Positions 41,750 to 52,055 are shown, numbered from the stretch's first letter. The stretch: 64,000 bases of DNA from Phormidesmis sp. (GCA_965248535.1 CBDFJR010000005.1:96001-160000); one strand, 5' to 3'. Program-made: numbers and translations. The notes: generated by a model not told the origin, from the letters alone.

Positions 41750-43156
41750 TCAAAACAAGGGGAGATTTAGCACAACCCCAACACCGAGAATAAAGCCATC
41801 AAAGTTAATGCGAGAGTCAGAAGAGTGTCCAAAACTAAAGCCACTAAAAACATTCAATTGACTCTGCGACGTGATGGTGTAGGTCAAACGCCCCACCAGT
41901 TGATGATAGACATCCTCTCGTGACTGTTGCGTAAAGTGTGACCAGGCAAGCTGATAATCGATCGCCGTCTGAAAACTGGGCGACCAGCTATAGCTCAACG
42001 ACGAAATAAACGAATTGATCAATCGAGAGCGATCGTTAGGGTCAGCAAAACTCACCCGAAACTGATAAAACGTGTTCAGCGCCAGCTTTTTAGACAGCGT
42101 ATCTTGACGGCTCAACTCAAACCGAATCGAATTATCATTCAGAAAGCGATTGCCTCGAAACGCCTCTACCAAACCTTCTTTAGTGGCAAATAACTGCTGA
42201 CTACTCCAGCCAATTTCTCCAAACGTGCGGGGAGTCAACCGCTGCAAAACTCCCGCCCGCAATCTTAGCTCGTTGTAATTGAGAAACCCCAATCGCCCAT
42301 AGCGAATCAGATTTCCGTCTATAGACGTGACGAGATAAGTGTTGCGCCCGATCGCCGGGGCATAAAAGAGAGTTAAGCCCGATCGAATCAGCCCATCGCT
42401 AACCGGGTCAGCCCCAGAAAACACATTCGTCGTTCTAAAATAATCGACTCTCGTGATCAGATAAACCGAGGGTTGCCGGGCCGCCACAGGCAACGGCAGA
42501 GGTTCTAAAATGCGCTCCCGCAGTCGCGGAAATCCTAACTCTGGGTCAATCTCTTGAGTAGGTTTAGCCAAAATCACGCCGAGTTCTGGGTCTTGCGGAG
42601 CGCTTGAGGCGTGAGTAGACGACTCTTCACCCGCCCGATCAGACGGCACGACTGGTTTATCTAAATCAAGCATCAACTTACTTGCATCAAGCGTCAACTT
42701 ACCCGATGAAAACCGACAGCCAGACGCAGCAGACTGTGAGTTCCAGCAAGGAGATTTCACTATTGGCAAGGCGTGATTGAGCGGCTCAGACGTGAGAGAT
42801 TGCGAGACGGTGAGTGAAGAACGGTGCAGCGATCGCTGCTCAATCCCCGTCCGAGACAATGGCTCTTTTGGAGGCGGACTTGGCTCTGCGCTATCGCTTT
42901 CTGCCAAAACGAACCTGTCTGAAGGATGGATCAAAGGAGAAAGTTGATCTGGACTCGGTAAAATTGGCTCTAGCAGGTTTGCCTTAGCAGGATGTTCTAA
43001 GACAGTTGAACGGCTCACCTCAGACCACGCAGGAGTCGCCCCAGCTAAAATCATCCAGAAAACCAATGGCCCTAACCAAGACTGCGACAAATAGCAACGC
43101 CGCTTTTGGTTCCACACTAATTGACGCACAGGAGAAGAAACCGTCACTTTACTCAA
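41750..43156 (-). CDS. Putative outer-membrane beta-barrel protein with disordered N-terminal half
   Basis: Signal-like segment ending AWS; C-terminal about 240 aa with alternating amphipathic strands; ends VVLNLPLF. Confidence 0.7.
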   Translation of the reverse strand: MSKVTVSSPVRQLVWNQKRRCYLSQSWLGPLVFWMILAGATPAWSEVSRSTVLEHPAKANLLEPILPSPDQLSPLIHPSDRFVLAESDSAEPSPPPKEPLSRTGIEQRSLHRSSLTVSQSLTSEPLNHALPIVKSPCWNSQSAASGCRFSSGKLTLDASKLMLDLDKPVVPSDRAGEESSTHASSAPQDPELGVILAKPTQEIDPELGFPRLRERILEPLPLPVAARQPSVYLITRVDYFRTTNVFSGADPVSDGLIRSGLTLFYAPAIGRNTYLVTSIDGNLIRYGRLGFLNYNELRLRAGVLQRLTPRTFGEIGWSSQQLFATKEGLVEAFRGNRFLNDNSIRFELSRQDTLSKKLALNTFYQFRVSFADPNDRSRLINSFISSLSYSWSPSFQTAIDYQLAWSHFTQQSREDVYHQLVGRLTYTITSQSQLNVFSGFSFGHSSDSRINFDGFILGVGVVLNLPLF

Positions 43157-43629
43157 ACCCGTCTTGCGATCGCCTCCAACAAAACCTCTCTAGCAAATCA
43201 ATCTCATCTGCCGGGTCTCATCAGAACGTTGTCTCACCTGTTATACCTTCATTTGTCTAGTTGTCTCATCACCCGAACTCGTCTTATTTACGATCGAGAT
43301 TTCCTCAAGACTCCCCGCAAAGCCCACAGATTCTAACATTCGAGTTAAAGTATTGGTGAAGATAGAAGGCTGCATCTTTACTTAAGCACCAAGAATTAGA
43401 TTAAGACCAAATTCGTGGTCGGGCACAGCGCTGCCGTCCCCTTTGACATTGCAAATATATTGCAAATCTGTAGACACGATTTAATTCGCGATGCAAACAA
43501 TTCTCACTTAAACGGGTTAATACAGACACTTAAAGTTCATGTAAACTTATAAGTTGCAAGATCCTCAGTATCTGATTATCTCAATGGAGCTTGACTGCTT
43601 CGATGCCCTCCTTTGCTTCTGGAGTGTTT

Positions 43630-45261
43630 ATGTCTCGTAATTGGTTCCTCGTCGTCACCCTGAGTCTTCTAAGCGTCAGCACCGCCCTCCTTCCAACGCC
43701 AGTGCGGGCTGAAACCCTTTTAACATTTGCAGACATTCAAGCCCTGCTGAGGCAAGTTCGGTTACTACCCAGAGACCAGCCTCCTCACCCAGCCCAAGTC
43801 AACGATCGCATGTTTACGGGCGATGCTCTCTCAACGGCTCGTTCTTCTAAAGCCGATTTGCGCTTCAACGATGGCTCATTTGCGCGAGTCGGAGAGTTAG
43901 CCTTATTTCGGTTCATCCCCAACACTCGGCAGTTTAATCTCTCTAACGGCACCGCCCTGCTGTTGATTCCTCCCGGTCGGGGCACCACCACGGTTAAAAC
44001 ACCCAACGTCTCTGCGGGAATTCGCGGGTCGGCCTTGTTTGTGCGGGTTGATGAGCAGACAGGCACCACGATCGTCGGGGCCCTCACCAACAGCGGCATC
44101 ACCGTAACCGACAATGTGACTAATCGACTCGTAGAACTCAAAGCAGGACAAATGGCAGTCGCCGATCCGAGAGGGCTGCGCTTATTTGACTTTGATCTCA
44201 CCACGTTCTACCAAACCAGCAACATGGCTCGTGGCTTGAGTCTAGACCAAAAGCCGTCAGAGACGAGTTTAGACAAAGATATCGCAGCCGTTCAAAGAGA
44301 AACCTCTGAGGCAGTAGGCAAACAAGAAAAGATTCCTGAAGAAGCCATTGCTAGAAATCTAGACTTTATCAAGCTATCGCCTCAGTCTTCTGTGTTCCCT
44401 GAAGAAAAAACAGCGACTCCCCTTCCTCCAAATCCTCCCATTGCAGGAACCACTGCTCCAGAGATCTTCGACAGAGGCAGTTTGGGCACTGGTCAGCCGA
44501 CTTCATCTAACCCCGATACTCCCAAACTAGAACAGTCTCTCATTCCTCCCGCTCCGCCAACCTCTCGGACTGCGCCTCCACCAGTGACCATAATTCCGGC
44601 ACCCACTCCCCAGCCTGTGCCTTCACCACTGCCCATCACTCCAGCCCCGACTCCGGCACCCACCACTCCCCCGCCAGGCGGTCTAACCCCCATTCAAAAA
44701 GACCCTGCTGCGGTTAAAGCGTCTGATCCTATACCGACTGTGATCCCGGTTGTGACTCCTGCGCCAGTGACGGCTCCAGTTCAGGTTACTCCGGTCACAA
44801 CTCCGGTAGTGGTCACACCCGTCGTAACTCCAGCACCCGTAACCTATCCGGTTCAGGTTACACCCGTCGTAACTCCGGTAGTGGTCACCCCTGTGCAGGT
44901 CACACCCGTCGTAACTCCGGTAGTGGTCACCCCTGTGCAGGTTACACCCGTCGCAACTCCGGTAGTGGCCACTCCTCCAATTCAAGTGGTTACTCCGGTT
45001 CAAGCTTCTCCAACGCCAGTGGTTGCACCTGTGATCTCACAGCCGTTACAAGTCGTTCCGACTACCCCCGCAGCCGTTACATCGGTGCCATCGCCCACGC
45101 CCAACTCAGTTCCAACGGTTCCTGCCAATAATCCTCCAAGTTCAACAGTTGCGCCGACTCCAACCTTAGCCCCCTCTCTAGCACCGACCACCGCGCCTGT
45201 GCTGCCTGTAGAGGTCAAGTCACCCCCCGTTCAAACCCCATCAACCGCCAGTGGCACCTAG
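43630..45261 (+). CDS. FecR-domain exported protein with Pro/Val/Thr-rich tail (start ATG 43630)
   Basis: GGAG RBS; signal peptide ending VRA; GDALSTARSSKADLRFNDGSFARVGE...VKTPNVSAGIRGS FecR pattern. Confidence 0.85.
   Translation: MSRNWFLVVTLSLLSVSTALLPTPVRAETLLTFADIQALLRQVRLLPRDQPPHPAQVNDRMFTGDALSTARSSKADLRFNDGSFARVGELALFRFIPNTRQFNLSNGTALLLIPPGRGTTTVKTPNVSAGIRGSALFVRVDEQTGTTIVGALTNSGITVTDNVTNRLVELKAGQMAVADPRGLRLFDFDLTTFYQTSNMARGLSLDQKPSETSLDKDIAAVQRETSEAVGKQEKIPEEAIARNLDFIKLSPQSSVFPEEKTATPLPPNPPIAGTTAPEIFDRGSLGTGQPTSSNPDTPKLEQSLIPPAPPTSRTAPPPVTIIPAPTPQPVPSPLPITPAPTPAPTTPPPGGLTPIQKDPAAVKASDPIPTVIPVVTPAPVTAPVQVTPVTTPVVVTPVVTPAPVTYPVQVTPVVTPVVVTPVQVTPVVTPVVVTPVQVTPVATPVVATPPIQVVTPVQASPTPVVAPVISQPLQVVPTTPAAVTSVPSPTPNSVPTVPANNPPSSTVAPTPTLAPSLAPTTAPVLPVEVKSPPVQTPSTASGT
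44746..44973 (+). repeat. Coding tandem repeats (two 72-nt and three 42-nt units, overlapping)
   Basis: PVQVTPVVTPVVVT-type unit at 44848, 44890 and 44932; PVVTPAPVTxPVQVTPVxTPVVVT at 44746 and 44818. Confidence 0.9.
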
Positions 45262-45285
45262 TCAGAAGACTTATTAAGGAAATCC

Positions 45286-45330
45286 TAAAAAGTGGGTCAT
45301 CAGTTATCTAATCTGATGACCCACTTTTTA
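45286..45330. terminator. Bidirectional intrinsic terminator
   Basis: Perfect 18-bp inverted repeat TAAAAAGTGGGTCATCAG-N9-CTGATGACCCACTTTTTA between convergent genes. Confidence 0.88.
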
Positions 45331-45348
45331 AAGTTTTGTTGTTGAAGC

Positions 45349-45876
45349 TTAGACAGAGGGAACTAGACGCTTTCGCAGGGCCTCGGCGCGGCGCTTGGCA
45401 GTTGGATTGCTAGGCTCGATCGCTAAGGCTTGCTCATAAACTTCTAGCGCAGGGGCGGCTAACTGCTTGCGTTCATAGGAGTGACCAAGGTTATTGAGAG
45501 CCGTCACATAATCTGGGGCAAGTTTCAACGCTTCTTTATAGTTGCGAAGCGCTAAGTCATATTGCTCTTGAGAAAAATAAGTAAACCCCAAGGCGTTATA
45601 AACCGCAGCGAGTTCTAAACCCTCTAAGGTTTCTGCTTTGATTGCTTTTTGAAATTGCGCGATCGCTTGCACATAGATTCGCTTGTCAAGCAGAATGCTG
45701 CCTAACTCGTAATATTCTTGAGCCGTTCCTTTCTCTTTGCTGAGTTTGCCTTGCAGCCGAGAAAGAGCTTTTTCAATCTTCTGAGTTTTGAGAACTTGGC
45801 GAAAAACGGTGACAACCGCGATGGCCAATAGCCCTAATAACCCAGAGATGTAGGCGATCGGAAGGTAGCTCTCCAT
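45349..45876 (-). CDS. ycf37: TPR protein, photosystem I assembly factor Ycf37-like (start ATG 45876)
   Basis: N-terminal TM, then KEKGTAQEYYELGS and three TPRs (YNALGFTYF, ALNNLGHSYE). Confidence 0.8.
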   Translation of the reverse strand: MESYLPIAYISGLLGLLAIAVVTVFRQVLKTQKIEKALSRLQGKLSKEKGTAQEYYELGSILLDKRIYVQAIAQFQKAIKAETLEGLELAAVYNALGFTYFSQEQYDLALRNYKEALKLAPDYVTALNNLGHSYERKQLAAPALEVYEQALAIEPSNPTAKRRAEALRKRLVPSV

Positions 45877-45951
45877 AGTTTTATCACTCGTGAATTCCAA
45901 TACGGACGGTGAAGGCAAAACGTTTGGCTGCGCCTTCTCTTTCAAGGTATC

Positions 45952-46740
45952 TCACAGAAGCCCCCAATAGATCGCTCTCTGTTGAAGCCAGCCTTCTGCT
46001 TTCCAGCGATCGAGAGCTTGATCGATCTGCCGTCGCAACTCGTCATATTGAACACCTTTGGGTAAGACGATGCAAAGTGGCTCGGTTGAGAGGCGCACTG
46101 GCAGCAGGCGATCGGTCGGAAACTCTTTGACCCAACTCGTCAAGATGCTGGTGTCAGAGGCAAATGCAGCGACTTTCCCAGACGCTAGCAAAGATTTTCC
46201 CTCAGCGTAAGAATTCACTCCGACCAGCTTAGTTTGAGGGAGGCGATAGCGCAAAGCCGCGATCGTGCTGGAGTCATTGAGAACCGCGATCGTTTGATTC
46301 GTCAGGTCAGAGATGCCTTGGATTGCCGGAACATTAGTGACCAAGGCAGTTCCATCTAGATAATAAGGGGTGCTGAAATTCACCACCCGCGATCGTGAAG
46401 GGGTGGCGGTGACTCTGGCGATCGTCAGATCAACCTGACCATTCAGCACCACGGCCAGCCGATCGCGATTGTTAACGGGCTTAAAGACGACCGAGCCTGA
46501 TTTGCCCAGCAGTTCCTGTGCCAATCGTTGAGCGATATCGATTTCCAGCCCTTGTAGGGTGCCCTGAGCATCGCGAAAGCCCAAGGGACGCAGATTATCC
46601 TTAATCGCTACAGTCAGGTGGCCCCGCTGGGCAATCGTCTTTAAGTCGGCGGCCAACGAACAAAGGGGCACTGTCAGTTGTGCCCCTAAGAGGGAGAGTC
46701 CAATTGCTCTAGCCAGAATCGATTGCAGAGTCCTGTTCAT
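45952..46740 (-). CDS. Amino-acid ABC transporter substrate-binding protein (family 3); start ATG 46740
   Basis: KDNLRPLGF, GLEIDIA and NFSTPYY. Confidence 0.88.
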   Translation of the reverse strand: MNRTLQSILARAIGLSLLGAQLTVPLCSLAADLKTIAQRGHLTVAIKDNLRPLGFRDAQGTLQGLEIDIAQRLAQELLGKSGSVVFKPVNNRDRLAVVLNGQVDLTIARVTATPSRSRVVNFSTPYYLDGTALVTNVPAIQGISDLTNQTIAVLNDSSTIAALRYRLPQTKLVGVNSYAEGKSLLASGKVAAFASDTSILTSWVKEFPTDRLLPVRLSTEPLCIVLPKGVQYDELRRQIDQALDRWKAEGWLQQRAIYWGLL

Positions 46741-46765
46741 TGAGACTGCGGGCCGTTCCACGAAC

Positions 46766-47119
46766 TTACTTCGCTTGAGCAGCCAGTTCCAGCACTTTTG
46801 CAAAGCCGCCTGGGTCAAGAATCGCCAATTGAGCTAGCATCTTGCGGTTGATCTCAATGTCTACTTTCTTAAGATTGCCGATTAACTTGCTATAGCTCAG
46901 CCCGTGCATCCGAGCGGCTGCGTTGATGCGAGTAATCCACAACCGACGAAAATCGCGCTTCCGCTTGCGGCGATCGCGATAAGCATTCCGCAATGCTTTC
47001 ATCACTTGCTGATTGGCTGTGCGAAAAATCGTAGAGTGTGATCCCCGAAACCCTTTCGCCAGTTTGAGAATCTTTTTGCGGCGCTTACGAGCGACATTAC
47101 CGCGCTTTACCCGTGTCAT
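46766..47119 (-). CDS. rplT: 50S ribosomal protein L20
   Basis: [16 protein letters not shown] and [14 protein letters not shown]. Confidence 0.99.
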   Translation of the reverse strand: MTRVKRGNVARKRRKKILKLAKGFRGSHSTIFRTANQQVMKALRNAYRDRRKRKRDFRRLWITRINAAARMHGLSYSKLIGNLKKVDIEINRKMLAQLAILDPGGFAKVLELAAQAK

Positions 47120-47196
47120 GTTTTTTTCCTTACTTAAATACTATGAGGTGACAGATCTCGATCGTCCCAACATCCTCTGTCTGACCTGTTCTGCCC

Positions 47197-47394
47197 TTAC
47201 AAATAAGGCAGCATCGCCCGAACGTTGTCTGCGTCGCGCTCATCGACCACCGATGTTCCCGCAAGGCGACGACGGCGAGAGGGGCTTTTGTGCTCTAGCA
47301 AGTGTGCTCTGTGGGTGTTTCGGCGAATAATTTTACCGCTTCCACTCGCTCTGAAACGTTTAGCAGCAGATTTACGGGTCTTCAGCTTGGGCAT
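47197..47394 (-). CDS. rpmI: 50S ribosomal protein L35
   Basis: [14 protein letters not shown]; directly upstream of rplT. Confidence 0.99.
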   Translation of the reverse strand: MPKLKTRKSAAKRFRASGSGKIIRRNTHRAHLLEHKSPSRRRRLAGTSVVDERDADNVRAMLPYL

Positions 47395-47825
47395 GGGATT
47401 GCTCTAATTCGACACAGCTTTCAATGATAAAGCTAGTCTAAGCGATCGCGCAAGCCCTGATCCGAATTATCTACAGAAATCTCGTTGGAATTAGGTCATC
47501 AAATTTGCTCTATTCAAACCATCACAATTTTAGAGCCGATCCCTATTCCAACGAGGCCCCTTTGCCAGCTAAAGTTTGATTACGCAAAAATCAATGGTCT
47601 GGTTTTCTCCTGTTGATTGATTCCTGTAAATCTTCAGAGATTTGGGGCTAAACTTCAGGCGCACTATTAGGACGGCAATATATTCCAAAAAACAGTTGGA
47701 AGCTTTGATGGAGATGATCTTTACGCTGAAAAGTGTTTCGATCGCCTGCCTCCAAATTTGTCTGTCTAAAAATCTCAACTCATTCACAATTGCTATTTTT
47801 AATCTCTTTTCTGTGAGGATTCAAG

Positions 47826-49676
47826 ATGAACCGGAAGCAAGTTTCATTGACTCAAAAAATTAGCTTGACTTGTTTGCTAACTGGATCGATTTCTTTGGCA
47901 GAATTGCCTGCGGTTGCATCTGAGGTTCAAGCTCTCTCATCCTCTAAAATTGCTCAGTTATCGTCTCGCGACAGAAGTGAAGCTCTCGATCGGGCTTCCT
48001 CCCTTTCTGAGATCACTCAGCCTCAGACTAGTGACTTCTCTTCAATGACTCAGGTGACTTCGGTTTCTCAATTATCAGACGTTAAACCCACAGACTGGGC
48101 GTTTCAAGCGCTGCAATCTTTGGTCGAGCGCTATGGCTGCATTGCGGGCTATCCTGACAAGACCTATCGAGGCAACCGCGCCCTGACCCGCTATGAATTT
48201 GCAGCCGGGTTGAATGCGTGTCTCGATCGCGTCAACGAACTCATTGCTGCCGCTACGGCTGATTTGGTCAAGAAAGAAGATCTGGCAACCCTGCAAAAGC
48301 TTCAGGAAGAGTTTGCCGCAGAATTATCTACGTTGCGGGGTCGGGTCGATGCCCTGGAAGCCCGAACCACAACCTTAGAAAAGCAGCAGTTCTCAACGAC
48401 CACCAAACTGAGTGGGGAAGCAATTTTTAGCCTTGCAAGTGGCTATGGCGGCGCACCCACCGGAAGAGATGCCAATCCCGTCTTTAACAATCGAGTTCGC
48501 TTAAACCTGAAAACTAGTTTTAGTGGCAAAGATCTGCTGATCACAGGTCTGCAAGCCTATAACTTTGGCGGAGGTGGCGATAATAATCTCCTGGGAAGAT
48601 CGGGCGGCGGCAGCATCGCAGGTCAGTTAGGCTTGGGCGACGCGATCTTTGGCAACGCCAGCAATGCGCGTCTCTCCTATGAGCCGCAGTTTCCAACGGT
48701 TAACCCGCAAGATCTATCGCCCAAAGGCGGCAGTAACAGCGTTAACGTCTACAAGCTGCTTTACATCTTCCCGGTTGCCAGCAAGTTAACTGCCTTCGCA
48801 GGCACCAATGCTGAGGTTTCTGATGCGTTTCCGGCTATTTTGCCTTTCTCAAGTGAGGGGCAGGGTGCAGTCTCGCGCTTTTCTGCCCTGCCTGCTGCCC
48901 AACGAGTCTCTGGCGGCACCTCTCAAACCGGACTGGCCTCCGCGGCCGGAGTGATTTTAAACCTGTCGGACGCGATCGACTTTCGCGCCCTCTATGGCAG
49001 CGTCAATGCCAACATCGTCAGCAACCAAGCCTTTCCAGGCACTCCTCTGGGAGCCGGAGTGTTTAACGGCAGCTACATTGCGGCGGCGCAACTGACCGTA
49101 AAACCTTCCCCCGCGATCGACATCGGTCTTAATTATGCTCACAGCTATCACCAAATCAATCTTTTGGGGACAGGTTTGAGCAGTTCTGATTTTGGCGCGA
49201 TCGCGTTCAACCCAACGGCTGCCCAAATTATCAGTCGCGGGGCAGGCTTAGGGGCAGCCGGAGCCGTAGTCAATCAGGGAATTAAGATGGATACTTTGGG
49301 TGCCAGCGTTGCGTTTCGTCTGGCTCCGACCCTAACGTTGGCTGGCTCTTATACGCATATTTTCAGTAACTTAGTGGATGTAAATGCCTCCACAAATTTT
49401 AATTCGTGGCTGGTTGGCTTACATATCCAAGACATTTTGAAAAAGGGGAATTCGGCAGGGGTTATTTTTGGTCAACCCCTAAAACGAGTCAGCACGGGCG
49501 GAGTGGCGATCAATCCCGAAAACCGGACTCCTTATCAGGTAGAAGGCTATTTTAACTTTCGGATGAACGACAATATCAGTATTACGCCGGGCGTTTTTGT
49601 GATTTTCAACCCAGAAGGGTTTAAACAGAATGACACCGTGTTTATGCCAGTCATTCGCACCACGTTTACCTTCTGA
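47826..49676 (+). CDS. Cyanobacterial SLH-domain/OprB-type porin
   Basis: QVTSVSQLSDVKPTDWAFQALQSLVERYGC and QFSTTTKLSGEA; ends IRTTFTF. Confidence 0.95.
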   Translation: MNRKQVSLTQKISLTCLLTGSISLAELPAVASEVQALSSSKIAQLSSRDRSEALDRASSLSEITQPQTSDFSSMTQVTSVSQLSDVKPTDWAFQALQSLVERYGCIAGYPDKTYRGNRALTRYEFAAGLNACLDRVNELIAAATADLVKKEDLATLQKLQEEFAAELSTLRGRVDALEARTTTLEKQQFSTTTKLSGEAIFSLASGYGGAPTGRDANPVFNNRVRLNLKTSFSGKDLLITGLQAYNFGGGGDNNLLGRSGGGSIAGQLGLGDAIFGNASNARLSYEPQFPTVNPQDLSPKGGSNSVNVYKLLYIFPVASKLTAFAGTNAEVSDAFPAILPFSSEGQGAVSRFSALPAAQRVSGGTSQTGLASAAGVILNLSDAIDFRALYGSVNANIVSNQAFPGTPLGAGVFNGSYIAAAQLTVKPSPAIDIGLNYAHSYHQINLLGTGLSSSDFGAIAFNPTAAQIISRGAGLGAAGAVVNQGIKMDTLGASVAFRLAPTLTLAGSYTHIFSNLVDVNASTNFNSWLVGLHIQDILKKGNSAGVIFGQPLKRVSTGGVAINPENRTPYQVEGYFNFRMNDNISITPGVFVIFNPEGFKQNDTVFMPVIRTTFTF

Positions 49677-49825
49677 GCGGGGGGCGAGAAATCAGCGATC
49701 GCAGAGCAGACTCAACTCGACCCTCAATATTTGATCGGTCACTCCAAACTTAATCCGTTAGAATAATTCCAGGAAGGACAGTTCGCTGTTCGTCACCGAG
49801 TTTCATGGAATTTTCATTTCATGAG

Positions 49826-49852
49826 AAGTGGGCAACATGACCCACTTTTTTT
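49826..49852 (+). promoter_or_regulatory. Terminator-like hairpin in the rimP leader
   Basis: AAGTGGG-N8-CCCACTT plus T run, immediately before the GGAG RBS of rimP. Confidence 0.65.
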
Positions 49853-49870
49853 ATTTGGAGTAGTGGTCAA

Positions 49871-50338
49871 ATGGCGCATCCTCTGGTTCCCCAAATCCTC
49901 GATCTCGCTGCCCCCGTCGCAGACTCTATCGGCTTAGAAGTGGTTGCGGCCGTGTTTCACACTCACCAAAATCCTCCCGTGCTGCGGGTAGATGTGAGAA
50001 ACAAGCAGGACGACACGGGGCTAGAAGACTGTGAACGCATGAGCCGCGCTCTAGAGCCAGTCCTTGACGGCACTGATTTCTTCCCTGACAACTATGTTTT
50101 AGAGGTGTCAAGTCCCGGCGTTTCGCGGTTTCTCACCACCGATCGCGAGTTCATCTCGTTTCGGGGGTTTCCGGCGATCGTCACCACCACCGAGCCTTAT
50201 AAAGGCCACACCACATGGACAGGAGATTTAGTTCGTCGAGATGAAACAGCCGTCTATCTCAACCAAAAAGGACGACCGATCACCCTTCCCCGCGATTTAG
50301 TCGCTCAGGTGCAACTGGTCGAAGGTGAAGAAGACTAA
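49871..50338 (+). CDS. rimP: Ribosome maturation factor RimP
   Basis: LEDCERMSR and YVLEVSSPG; first gene of the rimP-nusA-infB cluster. Confidence 0.96.
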   Translation: MAHPLVPQILDLAAPVADSIGLEVVAAVFHTHQNPPVLRVDVRNKQDDTGLEDCERMSRALEPVLDGTDFFPDNYVLEVSSPGVSRFLTTDREFISFRGFPAIVTTTEPYKGHTTWTGDLVRRDETAVYLNQKGRPITLPRDLVAQVQLVEGEED

Positions 50339-50399
50339 ACCATTCTGCCTGTTGACCCGACCCCCTTTCTAACAATCTAATATTCACGGAGAGTTCACG

Positions 50400-51713
50400 A
50401 TGTCAATGGTCGCCTTACCCGGACTCAAAGACATGATCGATAGCATTAGTCGAGAGCGCAACCTGCCCAAGCTCTCAGTTCAAGCCGCTCTGCGCGAGGC
50501 CCTGATGAAGGGATATGAGCGATTTCGGCGCACCCAGCGCATGGACAGCCCCAACTTTGAAGAAGAATATTTCGATAATTTTGAGGTCGAGCTAGACATC
50601 GACGAAGAAGGCTTTCGCGTCTTGGCAACGAAGACGATCGTTGAAGAGGTCAACAACCCCGATCATCAAATTGCCCTCAAAGAAGTTCAAGAAGTCGCGG
50701 CTGAGGCCCAAACTGGCGACACAGTGGTTCTAGATGTCACCCCTGATCAGGGCGACTTTGGACGCATGGCGGCGATTCAAACCAAGCAGGTGCTAGCGCA
50801 AAAACTGCGGGATCAGCAGCGTAAACTCGTCCAAGAAGAATTTCAAGAGTTGGAAGGAACCATTCTGCAAGCCAGAGTGCTGCGCTTTGAGCGCCAATCG
50901 GTGATCATGGCGGTGACGAGCGGCTTTGGGCAGCCCGAAGTCGAAGCCGAATTGCTGAAACGCGATCAGTTGCCCAACGATAACTATCGAGCCAACGCCA
51001 CTTTTAGAGTCTATTTAAAGAAAGTCAGCGAAGGATCGCATCGTGGCCCCCAGCTTTTGGTCTCTAGAGCCGATGCAGGTCTCGTCGTCTATCTGTTTGA
51101 GAACGAAGTGCCCGAAATTCAGGATGATATTGTCCGCATTGTGGCAGTGGCGCGAGAAGCCAATCCTCCCTCTCGCTATGTTGGCCCGCGCACTAAAATC
51201 GCGGTCGATACGTTAGAGCGGGACGTTGATCCCGTGGGGGCTTGCATTGGGGCGCGAGGCTCTCGAATTCAGGCCGTCGTGAACGAATTGCGAGGCGAAA
51301 AAATTGACGTGATTCGCTGGTCGCCTGATCCCTCTACCTATATTGCCAATGCGCTGAGTCCGGCTCGTGTAGATGAAGTGCGGCTCGTTGATCCCGATGG
51401 TCGTCAGGCGCATATTTTGGTGCCCGAAGACCAATTGAGTTTGGCGATCGGCAAAGAAGGTCAAAACGTCCGCCTAGCTGCCCGGCTGACAGGCTGGAAA
51501 ATCGACATCAAAGACATCAAAAAATATGACTACGAAGCCGAAAACGAGAAGAGCGCAGCGCTAGAAGAGTCTCGCCGTCTGGCCCAAGAACAAGCCGAAG
51601 CCGAATATTATGAGGAATATGAGGACGAAGACTATCCCGAAGAGACTCAGCCGCCTACCCGCGCAACCGAGCCTCAGCCAGAAGACGACGAACCGCTAGA
51701 AGACGAGATCTAA
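50400..51713 (+). CDS. nusA: Transcription factor NusA
   Basis: FGRMAAIQTKQV, VGACIGARGSRI and AIGKEGQNVRLA. Confidence 0.98.
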   Translation: MSMVALPGLKDMIDSISRERNLPKLSVQAALREALMKGYERFRRTQRMDSPNFEEEYFDNFEVELDIDEEGFRVLATKTIVEEVNNPDHQIALKEVQEVAAEAQTGDTVVLDVTPDQGDFGRMAAIQTKQVLAQKLRDQQRKLVQEEFQELEGTILQARVLRFERQSVIMAVTSGFGQPEVEAELLKRDQLPNDNYRANATFRVYLKKVSEGSHRGPQLLVSRADAGLVVYLFENEVPEIQDDIVRIVAVAREANPPSRYVGPRTKIAVDTLERDVDPVGACIGARGSRIQAVVNELRGEKIDVIRWSPDPSTYIANALSPARVDEVRLVDPDGRQAHILVPEDQLSLAIGKEGQNVRLAARLTGWKIDIKDIKKYDYEAENEKSAALEESRRLAQEQAEAEYYEEYEDEDYPEETQPPTRATEPQPEDDEPLEDEI

Positions 51714-51761
51714 CCCATCGGGCAGGGCGTAATCTAGTCATGCGCCCTAGTGAGTTTGAGC

Positions 51762-52055
51762 ATGGAACCTAACTATCGTCGCTGCATTAGCTGTCGGCAA
51801 ATTGCCCCCAAAGAAGCCTTTTGGCGAGTGGCTAGAATTCATCCATCTCACACGATCGTGCTCGATCGGGGCATGGGGCGTTCTGCTTATCTCTGCCCCC
51901 GATCGGAGTGTCTCAAAGCGGCTCAAAAGAAGGATCGATTAAGCCGCGCCCTCAAAGCGCCCGTTTCTAGCCAGATCTATGAACGCCTCTGGCAGCGCCT
52001 CACCGAGACTCAAAACCAGGGTTCCCAAATGCCGCACGACCCACCCAGTGTCTAA
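51762..52055 (+). CDS. ylxR: YlxR/RnpM family RNA-binding protein
   Basis: RRCISCR and GRSAYLC; lies between nusA and infB. Confidence 0.9.
   Translation: MEPNYRRCISCRQIAPKEAFWRVARIHPSHTIVLDRGMGRSAYLCPRSECLKAAQKKDRLSRALKAPVSSQIYERLWQRLTETQNQGSQMPHDPPSV

Noticed and set aside
45316..49852. 14-nt match ATGACCCACTTTTT shared by the 45.3-kb terminator and the rimP leader
   Set aside because: Both are terminator 3' arms with T runs and the flanks are unrelated; likely chance
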